Positions 48,460 to 57,943 of a stretch of 64,000 nt of DNA are shown piece after piece; positions within the stretch are counted from its first letter, which is position 1; each line of letters starts with the position of its first letter. The stretch comes from an uncultured Nannocystaceae bacterium (GTDB taxonomy: Bacteria; Myxococcota_A; Polyangia; Nannocystales; Nannocystaceae). The stretch covers positions 40,389 through 104,388 of the forward strand of contig CAYXVR010000013.1 in the NCBI GenBank assembly GCA_964468635.1, read 5' to 3'. The position numbers and the translations under genes are program-made. The notes beneath the pieces are model-generated. The model searched no databases. It was not told the origin of the DNA and saw nothing but the letters and a program-made list of their open reading frames with translations.

Positions 48460-49311
48460 TCAACATCGCGCGAGGGGAGGGAGCACGAGGTCAGCCGTGT
48501 CGACGAACGGCCCCCGCACCATGAACACGTCCATCGGCTCGAGCGGCCGGGTGGACCAGCGGCCGCCGACGCGATCGGGGCCGAACAGCAGCTCGACGGC
48601 GTCGATGCGGCCCGGCACGCGCGCGACGATCTCCGCGATGCTCGGCAGCTCCCGTGCGACGACGTCGTAGATCTGCAGCACGTGCGCGTCGTCGAGATCG
48701 CACGCGACGACGGCGTCGAGATCGTCCGCCCACCACAGCCGCCGGAAGCCAGCGCAGCCGAGCACCTCGTCCATGACGAAGAGCGGGCCGGCCTCGCCCA
48801 CGCCGAGCACGTGCGACACGGGAGTGCGCCCCGCGAACGCAGCGAGCACGCGTGCGACGTCGTCGGCGGCCGCGTCGGACAGGCGCCGCATCGGCGTCGC
48901 CTTCGGAGTCCGCGGCGCATCCGCCACGAACGCGACCTGGGGAACGTCGCGGAAGCCGAACCGGCGATACAGCGCGGCGTCGTTCGCGTGCAGGACGACG
49001 AGCTCGTAGGAGGCATCGGCGTGGGCGAGGGCCGCTTCGAGCACGCGGCGCGCGAGCCCGCGGCCACGGTGTTCCGGGGCCGTGCATACGGCGTGCACGC
49101 CCGCCGCGAGCAGGGCGCGTCCGTCCAGCACGAGCGGGATCTCGAGCACACCGGCGTGGGCGACGACCCGACCGCCCTCGAGCGCCATGAACGGCGTGGA
49201 CATCTCGTGCCAGCGCGCACCGAGTCGCGCCGACGTGGGGATCGCCGTCGCGAGCCTGGGCCAGACGCGCGAGAGCAGCTCGATCACCGAAGGCCAGTCG
49301 ATCGATTCCAC
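48460..49311 (-). CDS. GNAT family acetyltransferase (two-domain, Eis-like architecture possible).
   Basis: The GNAT motif-A-like segment is VCTAPEHRGRGLARRVLEAALAH. The protein is 283 aa long. Confidence 0.55.
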   Translation of the reverse strand: MESIDWPSVIELLSRVWPRLATAIPTSARLGARWHEMSTPFMALEGGRVVAHAGVLEIPLVLDGRALLAAGVHAVCTAPEHRGRGLARRVLEAALAHADASYELVVLHANDAALYRRFGFRDVPQVAFVADAPRTPKATPMRRLSDAAADDVARVLAAFAGRTPVSHVLGVGEAGPLFVMDEVLGCAGFRRLWWADDLDAVVACDLDDAHVLQIYDVVARELPSIAEIVARVPGRIDAVELLFGPDRVGGRWSTRPLEPMDVFMVRGPFVDTADLVLPPLARC

Positions 49312-49338
49312 GGGCGGAGATGGTAACCTGCGCGCGTC

Positions 49339-49872
49339 ATGTCGGATCCATCTCCACCCGCCTCATCGCGTCGCGCCTTCCTCGGCGGCACGTCGGTCGC
49401 GCTGGGCGTCGGTCTGGCCGCGACCGTGCTGGGTCCCGCGGCGGTGTTCCTCGGCCATCCACTCGGTCATGCGACGACCAGCGGCTCGGACGACTACCTG
49501 CCCGCCGGCAAGCCGGGAATGTTCGCCGGCGATGCGCCGGTGAAGGTCGATCTCTTCGCCGACAAGGTCGACGCGTGGAACCGCGTGATCCGCGTCAAGG
49601 TCGGATCGGCGTGGGTGATGCGCGAAGGCGGAGAGCTCGTCGCGCTGTCCACCGCGTGTCCGCACCTCGGCTGCGGCGTCGACTGGGACGCGAACGCGGG
49701 CAAGTTCTACTGCGCGTGCCACAAGTCGTGGTTCACGCGCCAAGGCGTGGTCGAGAGCGGGCCGTCGCCGCGCGCGATGGACAAGCTCGAGCTGAAGGCC
49801 GACGAGAAGCTCGTGGCGATCCGCTTCCAGCGGTTCAAGCTCGGCGTCGAGGCCAAGGAGCCGATCGCATGA
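49339..49872 (+). CDS. Rieske [2Fe-2S] protein of a cytochrome bc-type complex, Tat-exported.
   Basis: The Tat signal is SRRAFLGG. Rieske box I is CPHLGC and box II is CACH. Confidence 0.8.
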   Translation: MSDPSPPASSRRAFLGGTSVALGVGLAATVLGPAAVFLGHPLGHATTSGSDDYLPAGKPGMFAGDAPVKVDLFADKVDAWNRVIRVKVGSAWVMREGGELVALSTACPHLGCGVDWDANAGKFYCACHKSWFTRQGVVESGPSPRAMDKLELKADEKLVAIRFQRFKLGVEAKEPIA

Positions 49873-51557
49873 AGCCGCTCGCCTGGCTCGAGGAGCGCTC
49901 CGGGCTCGGAGCCGCGTGGCGTGCCGTGGCGGATCGACGGATCCCCGGCGGTGCGGGCATGCGTCACGCCGTGTTCGCCGTGCTCGTGTACCTGTTCGTG
50001 CAGCAAGCGGTGCTCGGCATCGCGCTCGCGATGTACTACAGCCCGTCGTCGACCGACGCCTGGGCGAGCACGATGTACATCGACGATCAGGTGTCGCTCG
50101 GTTGGTTCGTCCGCGGCATGCACGATCACGGCGCGTCCGCGTTCGTGATCGTCGCCGCGCTGTACGTCGGCGTGCTCGCGGTCTACCGCGGCTATCGTCG
50201 CCCGCGCGAGCTCGTGTGGGTGGCCGCGCTCGCGGTGCTCGGGCTCGGGCTCGTGATGGGCATGACCGGCAACCCGTTGCCGTGGGACGAGACCGGCTAC
50301 TGGGCGATCCAGGTGGAGCTCGGCATCATCGAGCAGTCGCCCGGCGGCGCCGCGATCAAGCGGCTGATCCAGGGCGGCGCCGAGGCGGGCAACCTCACCG
50401 TCACGCGGCTCTACGTGCTGCACGCGTTCGTGCTGCCGCTCGTGATCGGAGCGCTGCTCGCGTTCATCGCCCGGCGCCGTCACACCACCGCGCCGAACGA
50501 GGAGGTCGACGAGGACACCTCGGCCACCTACGCGCCCGCGCAGATGTTCTACGACGTGCTCGCGATGGCGATCTGTGCGGCGGTGCTCGTGGGCTGGACC
50601 GTGAAGACGCACGGCACCGAGCTGTTCGCGCCTGCGGATCCCACGTCGAACTTCCAGGCGCGGCCCGAGTGGTACTTCCTCGCGCTGTACAAGCTGCGCA
50701 TGATCTTCGAGGGTCCGATGGAGGCCGTCGCGACCATGCTGATTCCCGGCGCGGTGGCAGCGTTCCTCGTCGCGGTGCCTGCGTTCGAGGCGCTCGCGGG
50801 GCGCGTGGGCCGGATGCTCGCGCTCGTCGGCATCGGCTCCGTGTTCGCCGGCGTCCTCGCGCTCACGGCGATCGGCATCTCCAGCGACAAGGCCGACGAG
50901 AGCTACCAGAAGTCGCTCGAGCACGCGCGCAAGCAGGCCGAGTCCGCCCGCGTGTTCGCGCGCGAGGGCGTCGCGCCCGAGGGCGGTCCCGCGGTGTTCT
51001 GGAACGACCCCGAGTACAAGGTGAAGAAGCTGTTCGAGGAGCACTGCCAGAACTGCCACGGCATCGACGGCATCGGCGGCGGCGAAGCGCCGGATCTCAC
51101 CGACTACTCGAGCCGCGCGTGGTTGTCGTCGCTCGTGCGCGACGTGACGCAGCCGCAGTTCTTCGGCAAGACGAAGCACGACGACATGGAGCCCTATCCC
51201 GAGGACAAGCTGTCCGCGGAGCAGCTCGAGGCGACGGTCGAGTACCTCGTCCTACTCATGGAGGATCCTTCCATGAAGGCCGACCCGGCGCTGGCTCAGA
51301 AGGGCGCCGCGCTGTGGAAGGACGAGCTCGAGTGCAGCAACTGCCACGAGGTCGAGGCGGGCAAGGACAACGAGGGCCCCAACTTGTTCGCCCACGGCAA
51401 CGCGGCGTGGGTCGCTCGTGTCATCCGTGACTCGAGCGCGAAGGACCTGTTCGGCGAGGACGCGCAGATGCCGAAGTTCGGCACGGACAAGCTCACCGAC
51501 GAGCAGGTGGCGATCCTCGCGGCGTACGTCGTCGGTCAGCGGGCAGAGGCGAAGTGA
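49869..51557 (+). CDS. Cytochrome b fused to a C-terminal dihaem cytochrome c.
   Basis: The N-terminal cytochrome b core has conserved His-containing helices (VRGMHDHGAS, YVLHAFVLP). The C-terminal region has two CXXCH motifs (CQNCHG, CSNCHE). The ATG overlaps the Rieske stop as ATGA. Confidence 0.8.
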   Translation: MKPLAWLEERSGLGAAWRAVADRRIPGGAGMRHAVFAVLVYLFVQQAVLGIALAMYYSPSSTDAWASTMYIDDQVSLGWFVRGMHDHGASAFVIVAALYVGVLAVYRGYRRPRELVWVAALAVLGLGLVMGMTGNPLPWDETGYWAIQVELGIIEQSPGGAAIKRLIQGGAEAGNLTVTRLYVLHAFVLPLVIGALLAFIARRRHTTAPNEEVDEDTSATYAPAQMFYDVLAMAICAAVLVGWTVKTHGTELFAPADPTSNFQARPEWYFLALYKLRMIFEGPMEAVATMLIPGAVAAFLVAVPAFEALAGRVGRMLALVGIGSVFAGVLALTAIGISSDKADESYQKSLEHARKQAESARVFAREGVAPEGGPAVFWNDPEYKVKKLFEEHCQNCHGIDGIGGGEAPDLTDYSSRAWLSSLVRDVTQPQFFGKTKHDDMEPYPEDKLSAEQLEATVEYLVLLMEDPSMKADPALAQKGAALWKDELECSNCHEVEAGKDNEGPNLFAHGNAAWVARVIRDSSAKDLFGEDAQMPKFGTDKLTDEQVAILAAYVVGQRAEAK

Positions 51558-53290
51558 GCGGGCGATCGCGCTGGTTCCTACCCTCGGGGTTCGTGGCTCT
51601 GTTCGCGGTCGTGCTCGCGGGCGCGACCTGTGGTGACAACGGCACGAAGCCGCCCAAGGACGACGCCGGCAAGACGGCGGTCGTGGCCGAGCGCGCGCAG
51701 TTCGATCTGTTCGTGTTCGGACGGGTGCGCGGCACGATCGCGCCGTGCGGCTGCACCACCGAGCCGCTCGGCGGCCTGCAGTACGCGTTCGGGATGATGC
51801 AGCAGACCGGGAAGCCGGGTGCCTGGCTCGCGCTCGAGCCCGGATCGTTCCTCTATCCGGATCCGAAGGATCCCGAGGCGCCCACGGATGCGGCCGGTTG
51901 GGAGCAGGCGGAGCGCAAGGCGACGCTCTTGCAGACGCGCTTCGCGAAGCTCGGCGATCGGCTGGTGTCGGGCCTCGGTCCGCTCGATGCCGCGTCGCCG
52001 AAGGGCACGGCCGCGCTGGCAGAGCATCCGTTGCCGCGCGTCGTCGCGAACGTCACGGGCAAGTCGGGTGGTGCGATCCCGATGCATCGCGTCGTGACGC
52101 TCGCGGATGCGGGGCTCGAGTGGAAGGTCGGTGTCACGGCGGCGATCGATCCGAAGCTCGCGGGCGCGGACGCACTCGGCACCGTGGGTCCGGCCGCGGA
52201 CGCCGTGAAACGCGAGATCGAGGCGATGAAGGCGGCCGGCGTGGGCACGACCGTCGTGCTCGCCCAGGGCGATCGCAAATTCGCCGAGCAGCTCGCGAAG
52301 GACGTCGAGGGCATCGACGTCGTCGTCGTGGGCATCGTCGAGGGCATCGAGCGCCAGCGGCTCGGCACGCCGCCCACGCATCTCGGCGGCAAGACGTGGG
52401 TCGTCGAGCCCGGCGAGCAGATGCAGACCGTCACGCGGCTGTCGCTGTCGGTCGACGCGAAGGGCGGCGCGGTCCCGGCGATCGCATCGTGGACCATGGT
52501 GCCCGCGAAGGCGCAGCTCGAGGCCGAGCTCGCCCGCATCGACGCTCGGTTGGAGAAGTTCGCGAAGGATCCGAGCGCGGATCCGCAGTTCGTGCAGCGT
52601 CTGCAGGCCGAGCGCGAAGAGGTGCAGGCGAAGCTCGCGGGCAAGCCCGAGGGCGAGGCCGTCGCGGTGTTCGATCAGGTGAAGGTCACGTGCAAGCTGC
52701 CGGCGGACGACGAGGCCAAGGGCATGCTGAAGGCGTACGACCAGGCGATCGCGGCCGCGAACAAGCAGCGCTTCACGGGCGTGAAGCCGCCGGCGCCCGC
52801 GAAGGGCAAGGCGGGCTACGTCGGGGTCGAGGCGTGCGCGGACTGCCACGAGGACGCGGTGACGTTCTGGAAGACCACCGTGCACGCGGGCGCATGGGAG
52901 ACGCTCGTCGTCGACGGCAAGGACTTCGATCTGTCGTGCGTGAGCTGCCACGTCACCGGGTGGCGCAAGCCCGGCGGCAGCGAGCTCGTGGAGAACCAGC
53001 CGCTGCGCGACGTGCAGTGCGAGGTGTGCCACGGCCCCGGCAGCCTGCACGTCGAGGACGGCGGCGACGATCTGAAGAAGATCACGCTGAAGACGACGTC
53101 GTCGTTGTGCTCGGGCGAATGCCACACACCCGAGCACTCCGACACGTTCGAGTACGACGCGTACATGCGCGACATCCTCGGCCCGGGTCACGGCGACACG
53201 GCCCGCAAGGCGCTGGGCGACGGCCCCACGGGTGCGGAGCTGCGCGCCGCCGGCCTCGCGAAGGCCGGCGGACCGTGCAAGAAGTCGTGA
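51554..53290 (+). CDS. Multihaem c-type cytochrome lipoprotein.
   Basis: The start MSGRSRWFLPSGFVALFAVVLAGATCG has a lipobox, and the GTG start overlaps the upstream stop as GTGA. Haem motifs are CADCH, CVSCH and CEVCH, plus a CX3CH variant CSGECH. Confidence 0.65.
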   Translation: MSGRSRWFLPSGFVALFAVVLAGATCGDNGTKPPKDDAGKTAVVAERAQFDLFVFGRVRGTIAPCGCTTEPLGGLQYAFGMMQQTGKPGAWLALEPGSFLYPDPKDPEAPTDAAGWEQAERKATLLQTRFAKLGDRLVSGLGPLDAASPKGTAALAEHPLPRVVANVTGKSGGAIPMHRVVTLADAGLEWKVGVTAAIDPKLAGADALGTVGPAADAVKREIEAMKAAGVGTTVVLAQGDRKFAEQLAKDVEGIDVVVVGIVEGIERQRLGTPPTHLGGKTWVVEPGEQMQTVTRLSLSVDAKGGAVPAIASWTMVPAKAQLEAELARIDARLEKFAKDPSADPQFVQRLQAEREEVQAKLAGKPEGEAVAVFDQVKVTCKLPADDEAKGMLKAYDQAIAAANKQRFTGVKPPAPAKGKAGYVGVEACADCHEDAVTFWKTTVHAGAWETLVVDGKDFDLSCVSCHVTGWRKPGGSELVENQPLRDVQCEVCHGPGSLHVEDGGDDLKKITLKTTSSLCSGECHTPEHSDTFEYDAYMRDILGPGHGDTARKALGDGPTGAELRAAGLAKAGGPCKKS

Positions 53291-54703
53291 TCACACGCGC
53301 AGCTTCGTCCACGCGGCGCGCCGGAAGATCGCGACGAGGATCGCGGTGCGGACGGCCCAGTCGATCGTGCTCGCCCACCAGATGCCCGACAGGCCCAGGT
53401 CGAGCATCAGCGCGAAGCCCCACGCCAGTGTGACGCGGACGGCGAGGCCGCCGACGAGCGCGGAGACGAGCGGCGAGCGTGTGTCGCCCGCGCCGCGCAG
53501 GCCCTGCGCGAGCACGATCGACGACGTCATGAACGGCTGCGCGAGCGCGAGCAGCGGGAGCACCGACAGTGCGAGCCCCACGAGTGCCGTGCCGTCCTGA
53601 CCCGGCGCGACGAAGACGGGCACGGTCCACGGGCCCGTGATCCACAGGAGTACGCCGACGACGGTGATCGACACCGTCGCGAGCGTCGTCGCGACCACGC
53701 CGCCGTGCTTCGCCCCGTCGGGGTCCCCGCGGCCGAGTCGCTGGCCCATCACCGTCGCAGCCGCGATGCCGAAGCCGTCGGCGCACAGGAAGCAGATCGA
53801 CTCCACGGTGATGAGCGCTTGGTTCGCGGCCATCGCGAGCGGACCGAGCGCGGTGATCGCCTTCGCGTAGGCGAGGAAGCCGATGTGCACGACGACGCGC
53901 TCCGCGATCGCGGGCGCCGACAACCGGAGCACGTCGCGGCGCGCGGTCGCATCGCCCACGCCGTGCTCGGGATCCTCGCGGCGCCACAGCGCGGCGATGC
54001 ACAGCGGATGCGAGCGTCGGCCCAGGATCACGACGAGCACGATCGCCTCCACCACGAACGCCGTCGCGGTGCCGATGGCCGCGCCTCGCACGCCGAGCTC
54101 CGGGAACTGCAGCGGGCCCACGCGCGCGCCGAAGACGAGCAGGCCGTTGATCGCGATGTTCAGCGCGTTCGCGAGGAAGCCGGCGAGCAGCGGCGAGCGC
54201 GTATCGCCCCAACCGGCGAGGATCATGCTCGCCGACGTCGCGACGAACGTGGCGGGCAGCATCGCGAACGTGATGAGGAGGTAGTCGGCCGACAGCGCGC
54301 GCAGGTGGGGCTCGGCCGGGCCGAACACCACGACGATCGCGTCGAGGCCCACCACGCCCACGACTGCGACCACGACGCCGATGCCGAACGCGAGTCGCAA
54401 CGACGCGCGGGCGACTGCGCGTGCGCGTGCGAGATCGCCGGCCCCCGTGCTGCGTGCGACGAGCGCGACGGTCCCGGCACATGCCGCCATGAACACGCTG
54501 GTGACCGACCACAAGAGCGGCCCCTGCAGCTGCATGCTCGCGAGCGCGTCTTGGTGGTGACGCGCGAGCATCAGGCGATCGGCGAGGAACACCGCGGTGC
54601 TCAGCAACCCCGTCGCGATCGCGGGCAAGGCCAGTCGCAGGACCTCGGGCACGACCGGCGGGTGTTCGTTCGCGATGCCGGCAGCATAGGTGATGCGGCG
54701 CAC
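53291..54703 (-). CDS. MATE family efflux transporter.
   Basis: It has 12 hydrophobic segments and MATE-like N-terminal motif context (LRLALPAIATGLLSTAVFLADRLMLARH). I chose the GTG start at 54703. The ORF-track start at 55330 is a spurious extension. Confidence 0.7.
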   Translation of the reverse strand: MRRITYAAGIANEHPPVVPEVLRLALPAIATGLLSTAVFLADRLMLARHHQDALASMQLQGPLLWSVTSVFMAACAGTVALVARSTGAGDLARARAVARASLRLAFGIGVVVAVVGVVGLDAIVVVFGPAEPHLRALSADYLLITFAMLPATFVATSASMILAGWGDTRSPLLAGFLANALNIAINGLLVFGARVGPLQFPELGVRGAAIGTATAFVVEAIVLVVILGRRSHPLCIAALWRREDPEHGVGDATARRDVLRLSAPAIAERVVVHIGFLAYAKAITALGPLAMAANQALITVESICFLCADGFGIAAATVMGQRLGRGDPDGAKHGGVVATTLATVSITVVGVLLWITGPWTVPVFVAPGQDGTALVGLALSVLPLLALAQPFMTSSIVLAQGLRGAGDTRSPLVSALVGGLAVRVTLAWGFALMLDLGLSGIWWASTIDWAVRTAILVAIFRRAAWTKLRV

Positions 54704-54757
54704 GCCCGCTCGTCGATCGACGCGCGACGAATCGCGCGGTGGTGCTAGAGTCCCGCC

Positions 54758-55807
54758 GTGCGCAAGGCGGACACGAGCAAGTTCGACGTCGCCGGCGCCG
54801 GCGATCCGTCCGGCAGCGTCTTCGGCCTGCCGTTCGACGAGCGCGAGAGCAACGTCGTGCTCGTACCCGTGCCGTGGGAGGCCACGACGAGCTACGGCCG
54901 GGGCACGGCGCGTGGGCCCGCGGCGATCCGCGCGGCGAGCCCCCAGCTGGATCTGTTCGACGTCGAGCTCGCGGCGCGGGGGCTGGGACGTCCTTGGGCG
55001 TACGGCATCCACATGCGTGGTGAAGCGGCGTGCGTGCACGAGTGGAACCAGCGCGCGAGCGAGCACGCGCTGCGGGTGCTCGCCCACGAGGGCAGCGCGC
55101 GCGACCTCTCGATCGTCAACGAGCTGTCGCGCGAGCTCGATCGCTGGGTGCGGGGCGAGGCCGACGGTCTCGTCGCGCACGACAAGATCGTCGGCGTCGT
55201 GGGTGGCGACCACAGCGTGGCGTTCGGCGCGATCGCGGCCCAGGCCGCCCGCCATCCGGGGCTCGGCATCCTCCACGTCGACGCCCACGCGGATCTGCGC
55301 CACGCCTACGAGGGCTTCGAGCGCTCGCACGCGAGCGTGCTGCGCAACGTCGTCGACGAGCTCGGCGGCGTGGCCACGCTCGTGCAGGTGGGCCTACGCG
55401 ATCTCAGCGAAGAGGAGTTCGAGTACGCGCGCACGAACCCACGGATCACACCGTGGTACGAGCACGCGCTGCGGGCTCGCCTGGCCGATGGCGCGGGTTG
55501 GGCTGCGGTGTGCCGCGACATCGTGGGCACGCTGCCCGATCGCGTGTACGTCAGCTTCGACATCGACGGTCTCGATCCCGCGCTGTGCCCGAGCACGGGC
55601 ACGCCGGTGCCCGGTGGACTGTCCTACGCCGAGGCGAACACGCTGCTCACGGAGCTCGTGCACAGCGGCCGCACGATCGTCGGCTTCGACCTCGTCGAGG
55701 TCGCGCCGTCCGTCGACGAGCGCGACGAGTGGGACGGCAACGTGGGCGCGCGCATCCTCTACAAGCTGTGCTCGCTCGCGCTGTGGTCCCAGGGCGCCCG
55801 CGATTAG
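54758..55807 (+). CDS. Arginase/agmatinase/formiminoglutamase-family ureohydrolase.
   Basis: The Mn-binding motifs are GGDHSVAFG, DAHADL and SFDIDGLDP. Confidence 0.75.
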   Translation: MRKADTSKFDVAGAGDPSGSVFGLPFDERESNVVLVPVPWEATTSYGRGTARGPAAIRAASPQLDLFDVELAARGLGRPWAYGIHMRGEAACVHEWNQRASEHALRVLAHEGSARDLSIVNELSRELDRWVRGEADGLVAHDKIVGVVGGDHSVAFGAIAAQAARHPGLGILHVDAHADLRHAYEGFERSHASVLRNVVDELGGVATLVQVGLRDLSEEEFEYARTNPRITPWYEHALRARLADGAGWAAVCRDIVGTLPDRVYVSFDIDGLDPALCPSTGTPVPGGLSYAEANTLLTELVHSGRTIVGFDLVEVAPSVDERDEWDGNVGARILYKLCSLALWSQGARD

Positions 55808-56100
55808 CCGGTTCCAGGGTCCTCGTCGTCGAGCAGGCCGTGCTTCTTCCAGCCGGTGCGGAGGAGCCACGTTCGGGGCGGTGAGGTGCCGAGATCGCGG
55901 GTGGGCGGATCGTTCGGTGGGCGGCGCCAGCCGGTGAAGCGTGGCGCGGGTCGCCGCGAGTGCTGCACGCGAGGTCGCGGCGCGACGCGTTTTCGTCCCG
56001 CGTTCGCGCGCTTGCCTCCCCATGTCCGGATGTCGAGCTCGAGCTGCTTGCTTCGCTTCGATCGCGCCACGGTCCACCTCGCGTGTGAAGGCGAGGACGT
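55804..56100 (-). pseudogene. Degenerate remnant of a second RAYT-like transposase copy.
   Basis: Translation contains WGGKRANAGRKRVAPRPRVQHSRRPAP and GTSPPRTWLLRTGWKKHGLLDDEDPG. These match the N-terminus and a C-proximal block of the 23213-24049 product with the HUH/Tyr core deleted. The upstream DNA block gagctcgagctgctt(g)c...cttcgat is also shared. Confidence 0.35.
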
Positions 56101-56125
56101 ACCGCGACGAGACGCGGCGCGTAAG

Positions 56126-56420
56126 TTGTCCGCGAGGGACAGTGCGCTCGCCGCTTCACACTGTCCGCGCGGGACAGTGGGTGCGCTCGCGTGCTCGCTG
56201 CGTTCGTTCCGGGGAAGATCGCCGTTTCGAGATGAATCGGCGATCTTCCCGTGTTCGCTGCTCCGCCGCCCACGTGGGTGGGCCCGCATTCGACGGCGGT
56301 GTCGGGGCTCGCGAAGATCGCCGATTCGAGATGAATCGGCGATCTTCCTCTTCCCCACGAGTGCCGGAGCGGCCGGGGGCGGGCTGCACATCCGGCGCCT
56401 GTCCGCGAGAGACAGGCGCC
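56126..56420. repeat. Cluster of REP-like palindromes (CTGTCCGCG[A/C]G[G/A]GACAG family) and two copies of a 35-nt hairpin repeat.
   Basis: Hairpins lie at 56127-56141, 56159-56179 and 56394-56420 (10-bp stem GGCGCCTGTC / GACAGGCGCC). The 35-nt palindromic repeats GAAGATCGCCG(T/A)TTCGAGATGAATCGGCGATCTTC lie at 56214-56248 and 56313-56347. Confidence 0.45.
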
Positions 56421-56432
56421 GTTCGCGAGGCA

Positions 56433-57830
56433 TCAAAGCAAGCAGTTGCGCGTCACGAGGCCGTCCACCGGGTAGGCGAGCACGAAGTCGAAGCACATCT
56501 CGTCCTGCGTGCGTTCGCCGAACAGTACGGGCCACAGGTTCGGGTTGTCGTACGTGCAGGTCGTCGTGAGCGTGTCGCCGGGATGGATCAAGAACTCCTC
56601 GTCGAACATGTACATCCCTTGATTGTTGAAGTCGAAGTTCGGCACGTCGAGCACCGTCTCGGTCGTGCCGTCCGTGCGCAGCACGTCGGTGCGCATCGAC
56701 CGTCCGAGCCCGTGCATGTGCGGGCTGCCACCGAGCAGGTGCATCTCACCCGATGCCGCCGTCGAGATGCCGCTGCAGATCCCGACCGCGGGGAAGTCCT
56801 CGGCGAGCGGCGGCACCGTGATCGCCATCGTGCCGAGCGTCAGCACGCCCGCCGTCTGCGCGCGCGGCTCGTCGGCCGTGCAGAACGCGACGCCGCTCTT
56901 GTCCACCGCATCGGGATGGTGCGCGCCGTTGTTGTAGTGGATCTGCAGGATGTACCAGTGCTCGGGCCCGCCGAGATCGAGCCCGACGTCCGGTGGCATC
57001 ACGACGTTGCCGCCGCCGGGCGCCCAGCCGGCCACGAACTCCGTCGTGAGCTGCAGCGAGCCCTCGCAGGGCGAGACGCCGCCGTCCACCAGCGGCAGGA
57101 TCGATCGATAGAGGATCCAGTGGTGGACGACGCGCTCGTCGTCGATGATCGGCGCCCAGGCGGTCGCCTGCGTCGCGACGTCGAACGGTGCCTTGAACGT
57201 GAAGCACATGTAGAGGTTGTCGGCGCCGATGGTCGGCACGCCGAACGGCATGTCGCTGCCGGCCGCGTGCGCCGTGAACTCGAGGTCCGGCTCGCACGGC
57301 AACTCCTCGTCGTCGTCGTCGGGCGGTGCGTCGCCGCACTCGGCGTTCGGGTCCTCGGGGGCGCCGGCGTGGGCCCACTCCACCAGGAGATCGCGCTCGA
57401 CCGTCTGCATGGGATCGATGGGTGGCATCGGGACCACCTCGTCCATCAATCGCTCGGCGACGAGCTCGTACACCTTACGCGTCGGATCGGAGATCGCGGG
57501 CACCTGCAGATCGTCGTAGTCGACGAGCGGCATCGGTGCGCCGTACTTCGGCGTCTCGCCGTGGCACTCGTGGCAGTTCGCGCGCAGGACCTCGAGCACG
57601 TCGCACGGGATCCCGCCCGCAGGTGATGCACCCGCCTCGCCGCCTTCGCCCGTGGCCGCGTCGTCGTCACCGCCGTCGTCGTCGCCCGCACTGCTCTCGT
57701 CCGAGTCCGCGGGTCCACAGGTCTGCGTCGCGCACGACTCGGCGGAATCGTCGACGTCGGCGTCCGCACAGCCGGCGATCGCCACGAAGAGAGCCGCCAT
57801 CACCGCGTATGTGCCGAAGCGTGTCCCCAT
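56433..57830 (-). CDS. Lipoprotein with an N-terminal CXXCH motif and a PHM/DBH-like copper type II monooxygenase domain.
   Basis: The product starts MGTRFGTYAVMAALFVAIAGCADAD (lipobox), followed by an acidic linker. ANCHECHG provides CXXCH. Candidate Cu ligands are VVHHWILY, HWYILQIHYNNGAHH, HLLGGSPHMHG and a downstream Met (DEMCFDF). Confidence 0.5.
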   Translation of the reverse strand: MGTRFGTYAVMAALFVAIAGCADADVDDSAESCATQTCGPADSDESSAGDDDGGDDDAATGEGGEAGASPAGGIPCDVLEVLRANCHECHGETPKYGAPMPLVDYDDLQVPAISDPTRKVYELVAERLMDEVVPMPPIDPMQTVERDLLVEWAHAGAPEDPNAECGDAPPDDDDEELPCEPDLEFTAHAAGSDMPFGVPTIGADNLYMCFTFKAPFDVATQATAWAPIIDDERVVHHWILYRSILPLVDGGVSPCEGSLQLTTEFVAGWAPGGGNVVMPPDVGLDLGGPEHWYILQIHYNNGAHHPDAVDKSGVAFCTADEPRAQTAGVLTLGTMAITVPPLAEDFPAVGICSGISTAASGEMHLLGGSPHMHGLGRSMRTDVLRTDGTTETVLDVPNFDFNNQGMYMFDEEFLIHPGDTLTTTCTYDNPNLWPVLFGERTQDEMCFDFVLAYPVDGLVTRNCLL

Positions 57831-57943
57831 TCGCCCATTCTCGCGCCAGGATGCCCGCCCTCGTCTTGTCGGCCCCGACCCGAACGCTTGTCATCTCCGG
57901 CCGAGCGGGACAAAGGAGTGCGACGGGGCACTCCCCCACGACC

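Noticed and set aside
56214-56347. Two 35-nt repeats that could be mistaken for a tiny CRISPR array.
   Set aside because: There are only two copies. Each repeat is itself a perfect hairpin. The 64-nt spacer is G+C-rich genomic-looking sequence and no cas genes are nearby. A REP or IS-end hairpin interpretation fits better.
57913-57918. AAGGAG motif upstream of the 57944 lipoprotein gene as its ribosome-binding site.
   Set aside because: At about 26 nt from the ATG it is too far to act as a Shine-Dalgarno sequence and is probably coincidental.
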